Source: Blastocatellia bacterium (GTDB lineage: Bacteria > Acidobacteriota > Blastocatellia > UBA7656 > JADIYM01). Taken from it: 34,814 nucleotides of DNA. The notes beneath the pieces are model-generated. The model ran no database searches. It worked only from the letters and a program-made list of their open reading frames with translations, and was not told where the DNA came from. This document shows positions 7,843 to 16,835 of the stretch, piece after piece. The stretch's first letter is position 1. The number at the start of each line of letters is the position of its first letter. The stretch lies in assembly GCA_044224215.1 (NCBI GenBank), contig JBGAKX010000038.1:1-34814 (forward strand), written 5' to 3'. The position numbers and the translations under genes are program-made.

Positions 7843-9768
7843 ATGAACACAGTGTTTCTATTGTCCGTTGGTTTCGGCGTGATCTTTGTCGCGCTGATGT
7901 GGGTGGTTTCGTCGCTCTATCTCATCAAGGAGTCCGAGCTCGGGCTCATCGAGAAGAAGATCCTCGGCGCGAGCCTCGCGCCGAACCGCGTGCTTGCGGC
8001 GAACGGCGAGCAGGGCCTGCAGGCGAGAACGCTGACACCCGGCCTCCACTTTCTGCCGGCGCCGTTCTTCAAGGTATGGCGTCGTCCGATCATCGAAGTC
8101 CCGCAGGGTCAGATTGCGCTCGTAACGGCGATCGACGGCGCGCAGCTGCGCTCGGGCCAGCTCCTCGGACGTGCCGTTGCCAATCATCACGCGTTTCAGG
8201 ATGGCGAGGCGTTCCTCAGAAACGGCGGCCAGAAGGGTCCCCAGGTCGACATCCTCACGCCCGGCCAGTACCGCATCAACACGCGGCTGTTCAAGATCGA
8301 ATTCGCGCCGGCCGTGGAGGTCAAGCAGGGCGTCGTGGCCACGCTCACTGCAATCGACGGGTCGCCGCTGCGAACCGGACAGCTTCTCGGCAAGACCATT
8401 CCCGGGCACGACAACTTCCAGAACGCCGAAGCGTTTCTCGCTGGTGGCGGACAGAAGGGGCCTCAGGTGGACATCCTCACGCCGGGCATGTACTACATCA
8501 ACCCGCTGATCTTCTCGGTCCAGCGCGCACCGGCCGTGAAGGTGCGAACCGGCGAGATCGGAATCGTCGAGGCGTTCGACGGCGCCGAGCTCCGCGAAGA
8601 ACAGATCCTCGGCGACTCGGTGCGAGGGCACAACGACTTCCAGCACGGACAGGCGTTCCTCGACAGCGGCGGCCAGCGCGGTCCGCAGCTCGACATCCTG
8701 AAGCCCGGGATGTACTACATCAACCCGCTGCTGTTCGACGTGGCGGTCCAGGACGCGACCGTCATCAACATCGGCGAGGTTGGCGTGATTCGCTCGAACG
8801 TCGGCATCCTCCCGCCGGTTGGTGAGGACGGCCGCACGCCGGATCTCGTCGACGAGGGCTACCGGGGCGTCCTCAAGACGGTGCTCGAACCGAACACGTA
8901 CTATCTGAACCCGATCGCCCACGTCGTCTTCCCGATATCGACGCTCAACATGACAATCGACTGGAGCACGGCGAATCGCGAAACACCGCTCGATTCGATC
9001 ACGGTCAAGAGCCGCGACGGCTTCTCGTTCCCTGTCGACGTCAAGGTCGTGATACGCGTCCTGAAGGAGCACGCGCCGATCGTGGTCTCAAAGATCGGCT
9101 CGATCCAGAATGCGATCGACCGCGTCATCCATCCTGCGATCGGCGCCACGTTCCGGAACAACGCCGAGCGCTGCGACGCGCTCGACTTCCTCAACAACCG
9201 TTCGCAACAGCAGGCGAACGCGAGGGAGATCACGACCACGATGCTGCGCGACTATGGCATCGAGACAGTGGACGTGCTCGTGGGCAACGTCGGCATCCCC
9301 GAGGAGCTGCTGAAGACCCAGACCGACCGGTTTCTCGCGAAGGAGCGCGAGAAGACCTATCGCGAGCAGCGGATCGCGGAGGACACGCGGCGCGAGCTCG
9401 AAGGCGCCACCGCACTCGCAAACCAGCAGAAGAACATCGTCGCCGCACAGGCATCCGTCGACATCGCGCGGTCGACCGCCGCGGCTGGCATCGCGACCGC
9501 AGAGGGCGATGCACAGCAGATCCGATTGAGGGCCGAGGCGAACCAGTCGGCGTACAAGATGCTGATCTCGGAGATCGGGCACGACGGGTTGATTGCGATC
9601 GAGTTGCTCAAGCTCGTCAAGGACGGCAACATCAAGATCACGCCCGACGTGTTCGTGAACGGTGATCACGCGTCCCCCGTCTCGGCGCTTGCCGCGACGA
9701 TGCTGCAAGGACAAATGGCTGTCCGTTCGTCCAACGGCGACGGCGTGCCCGCGCTCGAGGCGCGCTAG
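7843..9768 (+). CDS. flotillin-like SPFH/band-7 domain membrane protein with tandem N-terminal repeats
   Basis: N-terminal TM helix; SPFH signature (TLTPGLHF..P, ITVKSRDGFSFPVDVKVVIRV); C-terminal Ala/Glu/Gln-rich coiled coil typical of flotillins/YqiK; four ~74-aa tandem repeats (..GQLLG..F..AFL..GGQKGPQVDILTPG.Y.IN..) at aa ~82-380. Confidence 0.8.
   Translation: MNTVFLLSVGFGVIFVALMWVVSSLYLIKESELGLIEKKILGASLAPNRVLAANGEQGLQARTLTPGLHFLPAPFFKVWRRPIIEVPQGQIALVTAIDGAQLRSGQLLGRAVANHHAFQDGEAFLRNGGQKGPQVDILTPGQYRINTRLFKIEFAPAVEVKQGVVATLTAIDGSPLRTGQLLGKTIPGHDNFQNAEAFLAGGGQKGPQVDILTPGMYYINPLIFSVQRAPAVKVRTGEIGIVEAFDGAELREEQILGDSVRGHNDFQHGQAFLDSGGQRGPQLDILKPGMYYINPLLFDVAVQDATVINIGEVGVIRSNVGILPPVGEDGRTPDLVDEGYRGVLKTVLEPNTYYLNPIAHVVFPISTLNMTIDWSTANRETPLDSITVKSRDGFSFPVDVKVVIRVLKEHAPIVVSKIGSIQNAIDRVIHPAIGATFRNNAERCDALDFLNNRSQQQANAREITTTMLRDYGIETVDVLVGNVGIPEELLKTQTDRFLAKEREKTYREQRIAEDTRRELEGATALANQQKNIVAAQASVDIARSTAAAGIATAEGDAQQIRLRAEANQSAYKMLISEIGHDGLIAIELLKLVKDGNIKITPDVFVNGDHASPVSALAATMLQGQMAVRSSNGDGVPALEAR
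8086..8985 (+). repeat. intragenic tandem repeat, ~222-bp period x4 (encodes the 74-aa repeats of the SPFH protein)
   Basis: Near-identical DNA segments GGCCAGAAGGGTCCCCAGGTCGACATCCTCACGCCCGGC (~8228), GGACAGAAGGGGCCTCAGGTGGACATCCTCACGCCGGGC (~8449) and GGCCAGCGCGGTCCGCAGCTCGACATCCTGAAGCCCGGG (~8669), 221 and 220 bp apart. Confidence 0.85.
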
Positions 9769-9784
9769 ACACCGGGCCGGGCCG

Positions 9785-11320
9785 TTACTGCGTGGCGCCG
9801 CAGTTCATGCAGACGCGCGCGTCGCTCTTGACGGCCCGGCCACAGTGCCTGCACAGGTTCCCGCGTCCCGCGAGCGCTCCCGGGCCGGGAAGCGGCATCG
9901 GCGGCCGTCGGCGCGGCGCGGGCGACGGCGCGTACCGTTCGGGCTCGGATCGTGTCGGCTGCGGCCGCTGTTCCGAGCGGAACCCGAACTTTGACAACAA
10001 CCCGCCGCCCCGCTTGAGCTGCTCGAACGCGACGCGGATCTCGGAGCTGTTCGGCTCGAGCCGGCGCGCCTCGAGCAGCATGTCTTCGGCGTCCTCGAGT
10101 CGCCCGGCCTGATGGTACAGCTTGGCCAGCGCGACGAGCGGGCGCGCAGACTTCGGGTTGGCGTCGATTGCCTGGTTCAGGATCTTCTCGGCGCCGGCGA
10201 ATCCACCGGGGCGCTTGCCGAGCACGCCAGCATACGCGACGAGCGTGTCGAGATCGTTCGGCTTCTGGCTGAGCGCCGACTCGAAGCACTGTACCGCCGC
10301 GGCGTAGTTGCCGGCAGCCGCCTCAGACTCGCCCATCTGCACGTACGCGGACGCGAGCAGTCGCAGCCGGCTCGTGTCGCCCCGCGGACGGGGCGGCGGA
10401 TACTGCAGCGGCGCGGAGTGCCCGCGTGCGGGTGAGACGACAGGGTGCGGCGAGTGAAAGTCCTCCATGGTGATCGCCGCATCGCGAACACTTTCAACCG
10501 GTGGCGCCTCGGTCAATCCGAGCGCCGCCGCAACACCCGCAGGGTCGATCACGAAACCCGCGTCTACGACCGACTGCGGCAGTCTCAGCCGCGCGCTGTC
10601 CGATATCGATCGGGCCTCGAAGAACGGTTCGATGACGCCTGCGAGGCGCAGCGTGAGAATCGAACGAATCGCCTCGGATTCGGCGATGCCGGACAGCACG
10701 ACGAGATCCTGCAACGCGATCTGTTCAAATACCTGCGCGGCGACAAGTCCGTCAAAGAACGACAACGGGAGCTCGGGAATGCGGTCCGAATAGACGTCCG
10801 TTGGCCGCGTGTGGCGCGTAAGCGGCCCGACGGCAGCGTGGATGGTCGCATCGTCACGCATCGCATGCGATGCCTCGACGATCAGGCTCAGAGCCGGCAG
10901 CCGGTACGGCAGCGGATGCGGCGCGCGGACGCCTTCGCCAAGCTTGGGCGGTTGCTCACGAGCGTCAAAGGCCCTCGCGAACACTTCAACGGCATAGTCG
11001 ACGAGCCAGTCACGCACGGTATCGGCGTCTCGCACGCCGCGATCGACGACGAGCGAGACGAGCGACTGTTTCCGCGAGACCTCCTTTTCGAGCTGGAACA
11101 GCGTCAGGCGGTCGACGGCGCTCTCGATCCTGCCGGCGCGTGAAAAGAACGCGGCGAGGTTCTCTTCGGGCACATCCGAAACGAGGTAGACGAGGTCGCC
11201 GTCCTCGAAGAACGCCATGCGGAAGTGTCCCGCCACGTTCATTCTGAGAACGCCTGTCCGGGTCTGTTCAGCTATGTCTCGGAGGTAGTCAGCAAGCCCC
11301 GTAACGGACTGGTCACTCAT
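9785..11320 (-). CDS. DUF4388-like N-terminal domain / TPR-repeat protein with C-terminal zinc ribbon
   Basis: 511 aa; TPR-like helical repeats (AAGNYAAAVQCFESALSQKPNDLDTLVAYAGVL, ARPLVALAKLYHQAGRLEDAEDMLLEARRLEPNS); Pro-rich linker; C-terminal CRHCG..(x9)..CMNCG zinc-ribbon. Confidence 0.6.
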   Translation of the reverse strand: MSDQSVTGLADYLRDIAEQTRTGVLRMNVAGHFRMAFFEDGDLVYLVSDVPEENLAAFFSRAGRIESAVDRLTLFQLEKEVSRKQSLVSLVVDRGVRDADTVRDWLVDYAVEVFARAFDAREQPPKLGEGVRAPHPLPYRLPALSLIVEASHAMRDDATIHAAVGPLTRHTRPTDVYSDRIPELPLSFFDGLVAAQVFEQIALQDLVVLSGIAESEAIRSILTLRLAGVIEPFFEARSISDSARLRLPQSVVDAGFVIDPAGVAAALGLTEAPPVESVRDAAITMEDFHSPHPVVSPARGHSAPLQYPPPRPRGDTSRLRLLASAYVQMGESEAAAGNYAAAVQCFESALSQKPNDLDTLVAYAGVLGKRPGGFAGAEKILNQAIDANPKSARPLVALAKLYHQAGRLEDAEDMLLEARRLEPNSSEIRVAFEQLKRGGGLLSKFGFRSEQRPQPTRSEPERYAPSPAPRRRPPMPLPGPGALAGRGNLCRHCGRAVKSDARVCMNCGATQ

Positions 11321-11373
11321 TGCGAGCTCTCCAGGGGGCAGTGTACTTCAAGGCTTTGGCGGCAACAAAGTGC

Positions 11374-11412
11374 GCAACAAAAAGGAGCGCCCCGACAGAA
11401 TCGGGGCGCTCC
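11374..11412 (-). terminator. rho-independent terminator of the minor-pilin operon
   Basis: Perfect 12-bp stem GGAGCGCCCCGA / TCGGGGCGCTCC with loop cagaa; on the minus strand it is followed by TTTTTGTTG; 30 nt downstream of the PilX-like stop. Confidence 0.75.
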
Positions 11413-11442
11413 GCAGGCGAGCAATCTCGCTGGAATCGGTGA

Positions 11443-14322
11443 CTACGTGTCTTGGCGGTAAGTGCGCCGGAAGCCTGTCAGGTTGATGTACTGGAAGTAC
11501 GGCGTTCCAGGCGGGAGCCGTCGCGGATCCAGGAAGTTCGAGTCGAACACCCAGTTACGTGTCGGCGGTGTGTACACGTGCGTGCAGCACTTGAACGTCC
11601 CGTTGTTTCCGACGCTGTTGAACAGGTTGATCAGCGACCCGCAGTAATTGACATTGTTTCCCCATGTCTCTCGGAACCGCTTGAAGTTGTGGACGCCACC
11701 GGCCAGGTGGATGTCGCCACCCTGGGTCGGACCATTGTTCTGGTCGAAACTGAGTGTGTCGCCCATCAGAAGTGCACATCGAACCGTATCGTCACCGCCT
11801 GACACACGACCACCCAGCGCCGTCGTGCCGAACTCGAACGCCCAGCGGAAGCTCTTTCCGTCATTCCACTGGTTCGAGAGGATCGTGACGGCGTCCGCCA
11901 CCACCGATGCCGGCACCATTGTTCCGGACGCGTTGATGTACTGGTCGTACGGCGTCGGGTCGCCGCTGCCCGACATGCCGACCGCGACACCGCTGGCGTT
12001 GTAGTTGCCCTGGATGTAAACGCCGTTCTCGGAAGCGAACGAGAAGCCCTTGAACTGGTTTCCCGGAAGAAGCTGGCCGTTGACGAGCCGCTGCGCCCGC
12101 CGGAAGTACGGCGTGTCCATGACGGCAAGCACATCCGCCTCGTCGGACTTGTTGTAGGTCGCGCCCTCGCCAAGCCCCGTGCCCGTGTTGTCGTAGCTGA
12201 CATCGAGCGCGTTGTTGTGGTTGACGTCCTCGCCAACGGTAAAGCCGGTCGTGTCCGAGGCGTTCGTGACGTAGACATTCTCCATGTCGTACTGACCGTC
12301 GTCGTCGCGATCGTTTCGGCGATCCGAGAAGTAGACGATCCAGCCCACGCCGCCATTGTCCGGGATGTCCGAGCCGCGGAGACCGTTTGCGATCGTCCCG
12401 TCGAGCGCACCGGTCACGAGTCTCCGGAAGTTCGCGACGTCAAAGTCGATCAGCCCCATGACGCCGTTCACGGGAACGCGCTGCGAACCCACGCCCTTGT
12501 AGAGCGATGTCCAGCTTGTGGTCCCCGTGTTCGTCAGATCGTCGTTGTAAAGCCCCTCACGCGTGTCGAACATCATGATCGGGATGGGAACGAGCTTCGT
12601 GGACTGCACGGTCGCGCTTGGCGTCGGATTGCCCGACGCAACGCCCGGATAGATGATCATCTGGGGATCGGTGCCCGATGTCGGGTACTGGAACTGTGCC
12701 TCGTTGCCGTTAATGTAGACGTTGTCGCGGTTGACGACGTTCATGCCGCCTGCGGCAGACGCTCCTGGGATGAACGTGTAGACGTTTCTCCTCATGCCCA
12801 CGGTGCGCTGGGCTGCCCTATCGGTCGTGACAGTGTATGCGACCGCGTTGCTATTCGCTGACTGAAAGTAGGCCGCATCAGTTACTTTCAACGGCGGCCC
12901 GGCAATCCCGAACCGCTGGATCTTGATGATCGCGTCGGCGTCGCCCATGGCGACGTTGTTTGTTCCAATCGTGGTCTGTTGAGTCATTCCAAGGCTGAGG
13001 AACGCCTCGGTGACATCCGTCGCCACGGGATTCAGTCCGCTGTCGATGTTGACTGTTTCGACCTTGATCCACACCTGACGGCCCGCGACTGGCTGAAGCC
13101 GGTATCCGTTGACCTTGGTCGCACGCGGCGCTCCGCCTGGCCGCGCCGTCGGCCAGTACCCCGGGGCGCCACCGCCAACCGTGTTGCCAGCGATGGGCTG
13201 GATCACACCGGTCAACTGGACACCACCCGTGCCGCCGGGCAACTTGGCCTGCGTGTCGCTGAGCGTGACCCGGACGCACGGTTTGTTGTAGTAGCGTGAA
13301 TCGCGCAGGATCGCATCGTCGGTTCCCAGTCCGCGCTTGATGATCTCGATCGGGAGGCTTCCACCCAACTGGAGCGGCAGCTTCAGTGCGCTGACGCGCG
13401 CCGTCAGGTTGCCGCGGAAGCGCGCCGAAAACGTTGACCAGTTCGCATTTCGAGTCCCTGCCGGAACGTCCGTGTCGTTGTACGGCGGAACACCAGTGAC
13501 GGGGTTCGGCGTCTCGGCAATGCGCTCTGGAGTGCGCGGGCCGCCGATGACGCTGCCTTCCGAGACGAGCTGGAACGTCGACCCGTCCTTGACGTAGACG
13601 TGGTTTCCCCAGTGGGTCCAGGACCAGCCGTTTCGCGCCACGTCGGTGACGACCTCGCCGTGCGCCGTGACGCGGTCACGGAACTTCGTCGAGTTGTTGC
13701 CAGCCATCAGGTAGATGTCGCCGTTCGAGTGCACTCGACCGCCGAATGCGAATGCGGGACCCGGGTGATGCTCCATCGGATCGTCGTAGAAGATGCCGAA
13801 CTGGAAGATCGGAATGGTGTAGTTGTTGAGCGTGCGCGTCAGACGCACTTCGCCGCCACCGGTCTTGCTTTCGGCCGTGGAGTCGATTCGCCAACCCTCG
13901 CGGAGCGCGATGAGGCCAGCAAACGGCGAACCGCTGTCGACCGTCGTCTGCTCGGGCGGAGCGCCGGGATTCTCGCGCGCCAGAACCTGGGTAATGTTGA
14001 AGTTCGTGTACCCGGTCGGCAGGTCGTTCTGGATGTTTGTGATGTCGGTCGTCGTCGGCGTGATCCGGACGTCAAAGATGTCGCTGAAGTTCCGCGACAC
14101 ATGCTCGAGACTCGCCTGCGCGGCAAAGTACGAATCCGTCTCGGCCTGATCGTTGCCCATCATCAGCGCCTCGTTCGTGATCCGCGAGAGGCTTGCCGCC
14201 ACGAAGATCGCGAGAAGCGCCATGACCATGATCGCAATGACCATCGCGGTGCCGCTCTGCGCCCGACCAACCGTGTGAACCCGCCTGGCTCCCGTGCGAC
14301 GAAGTTTCTTGATCGTCTTCAT
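11443..14322 (-). CDS. type IV pilus assembly protein, PilX N-terminal domain fused to a large C-terminal region (PilX/PilY1-like)
   Basis: 959 aa; N-terminal hydrophobic segment plus PilX_N-like motif (GTAMVIAIMVMALLAIFVAASL...AAQASLEH); GAGGAG RBS; last gene of the FimT/PilV/PilW/PilX-like cluster. Confidence 0.7.
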   Translation of the reverse strand: MKTIKKLRRTGARRVHTVGRAQSGTAMVIAIMVMALLAIFVAASLSRITNEALMMGNDQAETDSYFAAQASLEHVSRNFSDIFDVRITPTTTDITNIQNDLPTGYTNFNITQVLARENPGAPPEQTTVDSGSPFAGLIALREGWRIDSTAESKTGGGEVRLTRTLNNYTIPIFQFGIFYDDPMEHHPGPAFAFGGRVHSNGDIYLMAGNNSTKFRDRVTAHGEVVTDVARNGWSWTHWGNHVYVKDGSTFQLVSEGSVIGGPRTPERIAETPNPVTGVPPYNDTDVPAGTRNANWSTFSARFRGNLTARVSALKLPLQLGGSLPIEIIKRGLGTDDAILRDSRYYNKPCVRVTLSDTQAKLPGGTGGVQLTGVIQPIAGNTVGGGAPGYWPTARPGGAPRATKVNGYRLQPVAGRQVWIKVETVNIDSGLNPVATDVTEAFLSLGMTQQTTIGTNNVAMGDADAIIKIQRFGIAGPPLKVTDAAYFQSANSNAVAYTVTTDRAAQRTVGMRRNVYTFIPGASAAGGMNVVNRDNVYINGNEAQFQYPTSGTDPQMIIYPGVASGNPTPSATVQSTKLVPIPIMMFDTREGLYNDDLTNTGTTSWTSLYKGVGSQRVPVNGVMGLIDFDVANFRRLVTGALDGTIANGLRGSDIPDNGGVGWIVYFSDRRNDRDDDGQYDMENVYVTNASDTTGFTVGEDVNHNNALDVSYDNTGTGLGEGATYNKSDEADVLAVMDTPYFRRAQRLVNGQLLPGNQFKGFSFASENGVYIQGNYNASGVAVGMSGSGDPTPYDQYINASGTMVPASVVADAVTILSNQWNDGKSFRWAFEFGTTALGGRVSGGDDTVRCALLMGDTLSFDQNNGPTQGGDIHLAGGVHNFKRFRETWGNNVNYCGSLINLFNSVGNNGTFKCCTHVYTPPTRNWVFDSNFLDPRRLPPGTPYFQYINLTGFRRTYRQDT

Positions 14323-14346
14323 AAAATCTCTCCTCGATCTTCAGCC

Positions 14347-15477
14347 TCAGGCTCCCGCGCCACTCGGACGCTCGGGAACGACGACATTCGGCGTGTAGAA
14401 CGACCCTGTCAGCTTGACCCTGACGGGCTGATTGGTCTTGACATCCTCCTGCGAACCGCGGAGGTCGATCTCGATCTTCACGAGCCGGATGTTCTGTCGG
14501 ACAACGTTTGCGGGGATGACCGTGCCTCCGGCATCCGTATAGCCGACCACGTCGTCGACCGTCGTGCCGTCCTCCATCACATACTTCACCTGGAAGTCCT
14601 CAACGCCAAAAGCGAGCGGCATCTCCACGAATCCGACGCCGCCGCCCGTGCTGCCATCCTCGGGAACGATTCCGCCGATGCCTCCATCCTCGACACCCGT
14701 GCCGACGATGGCGGCCGTCTTGCCGTACACGCGGCGCACCAGCACGTGGTTGTCGGTGACAAAGTAGGTCACCCACGTGATGCGCTTGCAGGCGGCCGAC
14801 GCATTGAGCGTCCGGAAGGTGCTTGCTCCGCCAGGGTTGTTGAGCTGGAGCGGATCGCCGGCGCCAAACACGAGCGTCGTGCCGCCGACGGACGGAATCG
14901 ACGTCAGGGATCCGAGCGCCGGCTGACCGCCATCGTCGATCATGTACACATACAGATCGCCCGATGCAGCCTTCGAGTTGTTCGGCGAGACGGTGAGCGT
15001 ATTGGTGGTCGAGTCGACGGCCGTCACCGCGAGCGACCGCCCGTCGTTGAAGCTGTTGTCCTGATAGACGAACGTCACCGCGTCGGTTGCGACGTCCGTT
15101 CCGTCGACGTCGATGACACGAACCCCGTTGCCGGGAACGATCGGTGTCAGCCAGTCGTCGAGCGTATCGGTATCGGCTGGAAGAAAGAGCAGCCGCTCGA
15201 GCGTTCCATCGGGAACGCGCCCTCCCGACTTCCAGTAGCCGACGCCCGAATTGATTGCGTCGCGACCGATGGTGTTGAGCGCGATGCGCCCGTTCTGCAT
15301 GGTCTCGGTTCGCTGGGACGTGTTGAACGCGTCCGAGCGTCCCACCTCGAGCAGTCCGTAAATTGCTCCGACGACCACCGTGAAAATCGCCATGGCGACG
15401 ATCAGCTCGAGCAGCGAAAAACCTGCCTGCGAGCCGGCCGGGCGTCTGTCACGGATCGTCTGTGTCTCTGTGTTCAT
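14347..15477 (-). CDS. type IV pilus minor pilin PilW-like (prepilin-type N-terminal cleavage/methylation domain)
   Basis: Class III signal: leader ...SQAG / FSLLELIVAMAIFTVVVGAIYGL with Glu+5; 376 aa; AGGAGG RBS. Confidence 0.7.
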   Translation of the reverse strand: MNTETQTIRDRRPAGSQAGFSLLELIVAMAIFTVVVGAIYGLLEVGRSDAFNTSQRTETMQNGRIALNTIGRDAINSGVGYWKSGGRVPDGTLERLLFLPADTDTLDDWLTPIVPGNGVRVIDVDGTDVATDAVTFVYQDNSFNDGRSLAVTAVDSTTNTLTVSPNNSKAASGDLYVYMIDDGGQPALGSLTSIPSVGGTTLVFGAGDPLQLNNPGGASTFRTLNASAACKRITWVTYFVTDNHVLVRRVYGKTAAIVGTGVEDGGIGGIVPEDGSTGGGVGFVEMPLAFGVEDFQVKYVMEDGTTVDDVVGYTDAGGTVIPANVVRQNIRLVKIEIDLRGSQEDVKTNQPVRVKLTGSFYTPNVVVPERPSGAGA

Positions 15478-15489
15478 CTGTCCGGCCTC

Positions 15490-16008
15490 CTAGTAGTTGT
15501 CGATATTGGTCGTGAGCGTCTCGGTGCGCTCGATGTCCTTTTCCTTGTAGTAGATCGTGACCTTGATCTGCCGCTCCGTGATCGGGTTCGGTGGGCTGGG
15601 ACGGATCGGATTGTTGACGTCGGTGATCTCGATCTTGCGCTGGAATCCCGGAATCACGTCACCGTTGTCATCTGCCGTTCCAAAGAGCCCGTCAGGTCCC
15701 GGCAACTCGTGGATGTCATGCTTTGTCGCGAGAAAGACCCCCGGAGGCGTGCTCACGTTGCGAATCGCGTCGAACGAGTACGCATTGCCGCCGAGCTTGA
15801 TGTACCGGGCGCTCATGACGTTCTCGAGCTGTGTCGCGGCGAGCGCCTTGGCCTTGATCCGGCTCTCGCCTGAGCTCGTCTGCACGAGCCCCGCCGTGAG
15901 GGCGGCGCCAAGCGCCATGATGCCAATCAGAAGAATCGTCATGGCGATCATCACGTCGATGTATGAGAACCCACGCGCGCTGTCGATTGTCTGGTGTCTG
16001 CGTGTCAT
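15490..16008 (-). CDS. type IV pilus minor pilin PilV-like
   Basis: Leader MTRRHQTIDSARG / FSYIDVMIAMTILLIGIMAL (Asp instead of Glu at +5); 172 aa, a size typical of PilV. Confidence 0.65.
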   Translation of the reverse strand: MTRRHQTIDSARGFSYIDVMIAMTILLIGIMALGAALTAGLVQTSSGESRIKAKALAATQLENVMSARYIKLGGNAYSFDAIRNVSTPPGVFLATKHDIHELPGPDGLFGTADDNGDVIPGFQRKIEITDVNNPIRPSPPNPITERQIKVTIYYKEKDIERTETLTTNIDNY

Positions 16009-16011
16009 TGC

Positions 16012-16641
16012 TTACATCTCCACGAAGTCATCGGCGGCGGCGTCATAGCGCCACGTCCTGACGGATGAGGTCGGTCCAAACAGCGTGATCGCCCGAGTAA
16101 ATCCCGGGTCAGGATCGCCTGCAGCGTCCGGCGTGAAATAGTAGAGCGAGAGGCTCTGCGGCGTGTCGGCCGCGTTCACGGCGGATCCGTCAGGATTGAA
16201 GCGGATCGTCATCTTTCCACTCGTGAACGGCGCGTCGAGAAAATTGAATGGACTCGGAGGAAGCTTGAAGCGGTTCGGCGTCGTGTTCACCGTCGTCTGC
16301 GAGTTCAACGGCAGCAGCTCGGAACGGATGATCTTGTCGTCGGCCGTTCCCGGGGCAATCTTCTCCTGATCGATGACCTCGATCTTGCCCTGGGTGGTGC
16401 CGGTGCTCGGCGTGATCTCGACACGCATCACCTGGCGTTCAGAGAGCGCCCGCTGATTCGCGAAGCGAAACACGTCGATCATCAAGGCGCCCGTGTCGTC
16501 CACGAGATACGTCCGCTGATGCGCCGTCAGAATCGGCAACGCAATGCCGATCATGATGGCGACGATCGCGACCACAACGAGCAGTTCCATTATCGAGAAA
16601 CCCCCTCGAGCGGGGCGCCCCGAACGTGACCTCGAGCGCAT
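16012..16641 (-). CDS. FimT/GspH-like pseudopilin (prepilin-type N-terminal domain)
   Basis: Start refined to MRSRSRSGRPARG / FSIMELLVVVAIVAIMIGIALP (Glu+5) with GGAGG RBS; ~209 aa. Confidence 0.65.
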   Translation of the reverse strand: MRSRSRSGRPARGGFSIMELLVVVAIVAIMIGIALPILTAHQRTYLVDDTGALMIDVFRFANQRALSERQVMRVEITPSTGTTQGKIEVIDQEKIAPGTADDKIIRSELLPLNSQTTVNTTPNRFKLPPSPFNFLDAPFTSGKMTIRFNPDGSAVNAADTPQSLSLYYFTPDAAGDPDPGFTRAITLFGPTSSVRTWRYDAAADDFVEM

Positions 16642-16835
16642 ACGATTTGCCTCCGTGGTGCCAATGCGGGTGGAATCACCCGGTTGAATCATTAGCAATC
16701 ACCGTTCCGACAAGTACGGCAACCGCTAACCTTAATGAATCCAATATGTTGTGGTCCAAATTGGAGGGCCCGCGACTCGAGATGTCGCGAGATGTGTTTC
16801 AAAAAGTAACAGGCCGAGGAAGGTGGCTTCCCTGT

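Noticed and set aside
7858-9072. 404-aa minus-strand ORF and 308-aa + ORF (7899..8825) inside the SPFH gene
   Set aside because: These are alternative frames of the repeat-containing SPFH gene, with Arg/Asp-rich low-complexity translations and no start context.
13600-15873. 757-aa + strand ORF antisense to the PilX-like, PilW-like and PilV-like genes
   Set aside because: The sense-strand genes have class III signal peptides and strong RBSs; the antisense ORF has an Arg/Asp-rich artefactual composition.
16641-16665. GG-N10-GC (sigma54-like) match TGGCACCACGGAGGCA immediately upstream of the FimT-like start on the minus strand
   Set aside because: The match overlaps the GGAGG ribosome-binding site only ~8 nt from the ATG, so any transcript start would fall inside the coding region; the -12 element also deviates from the TTGCA consensus.
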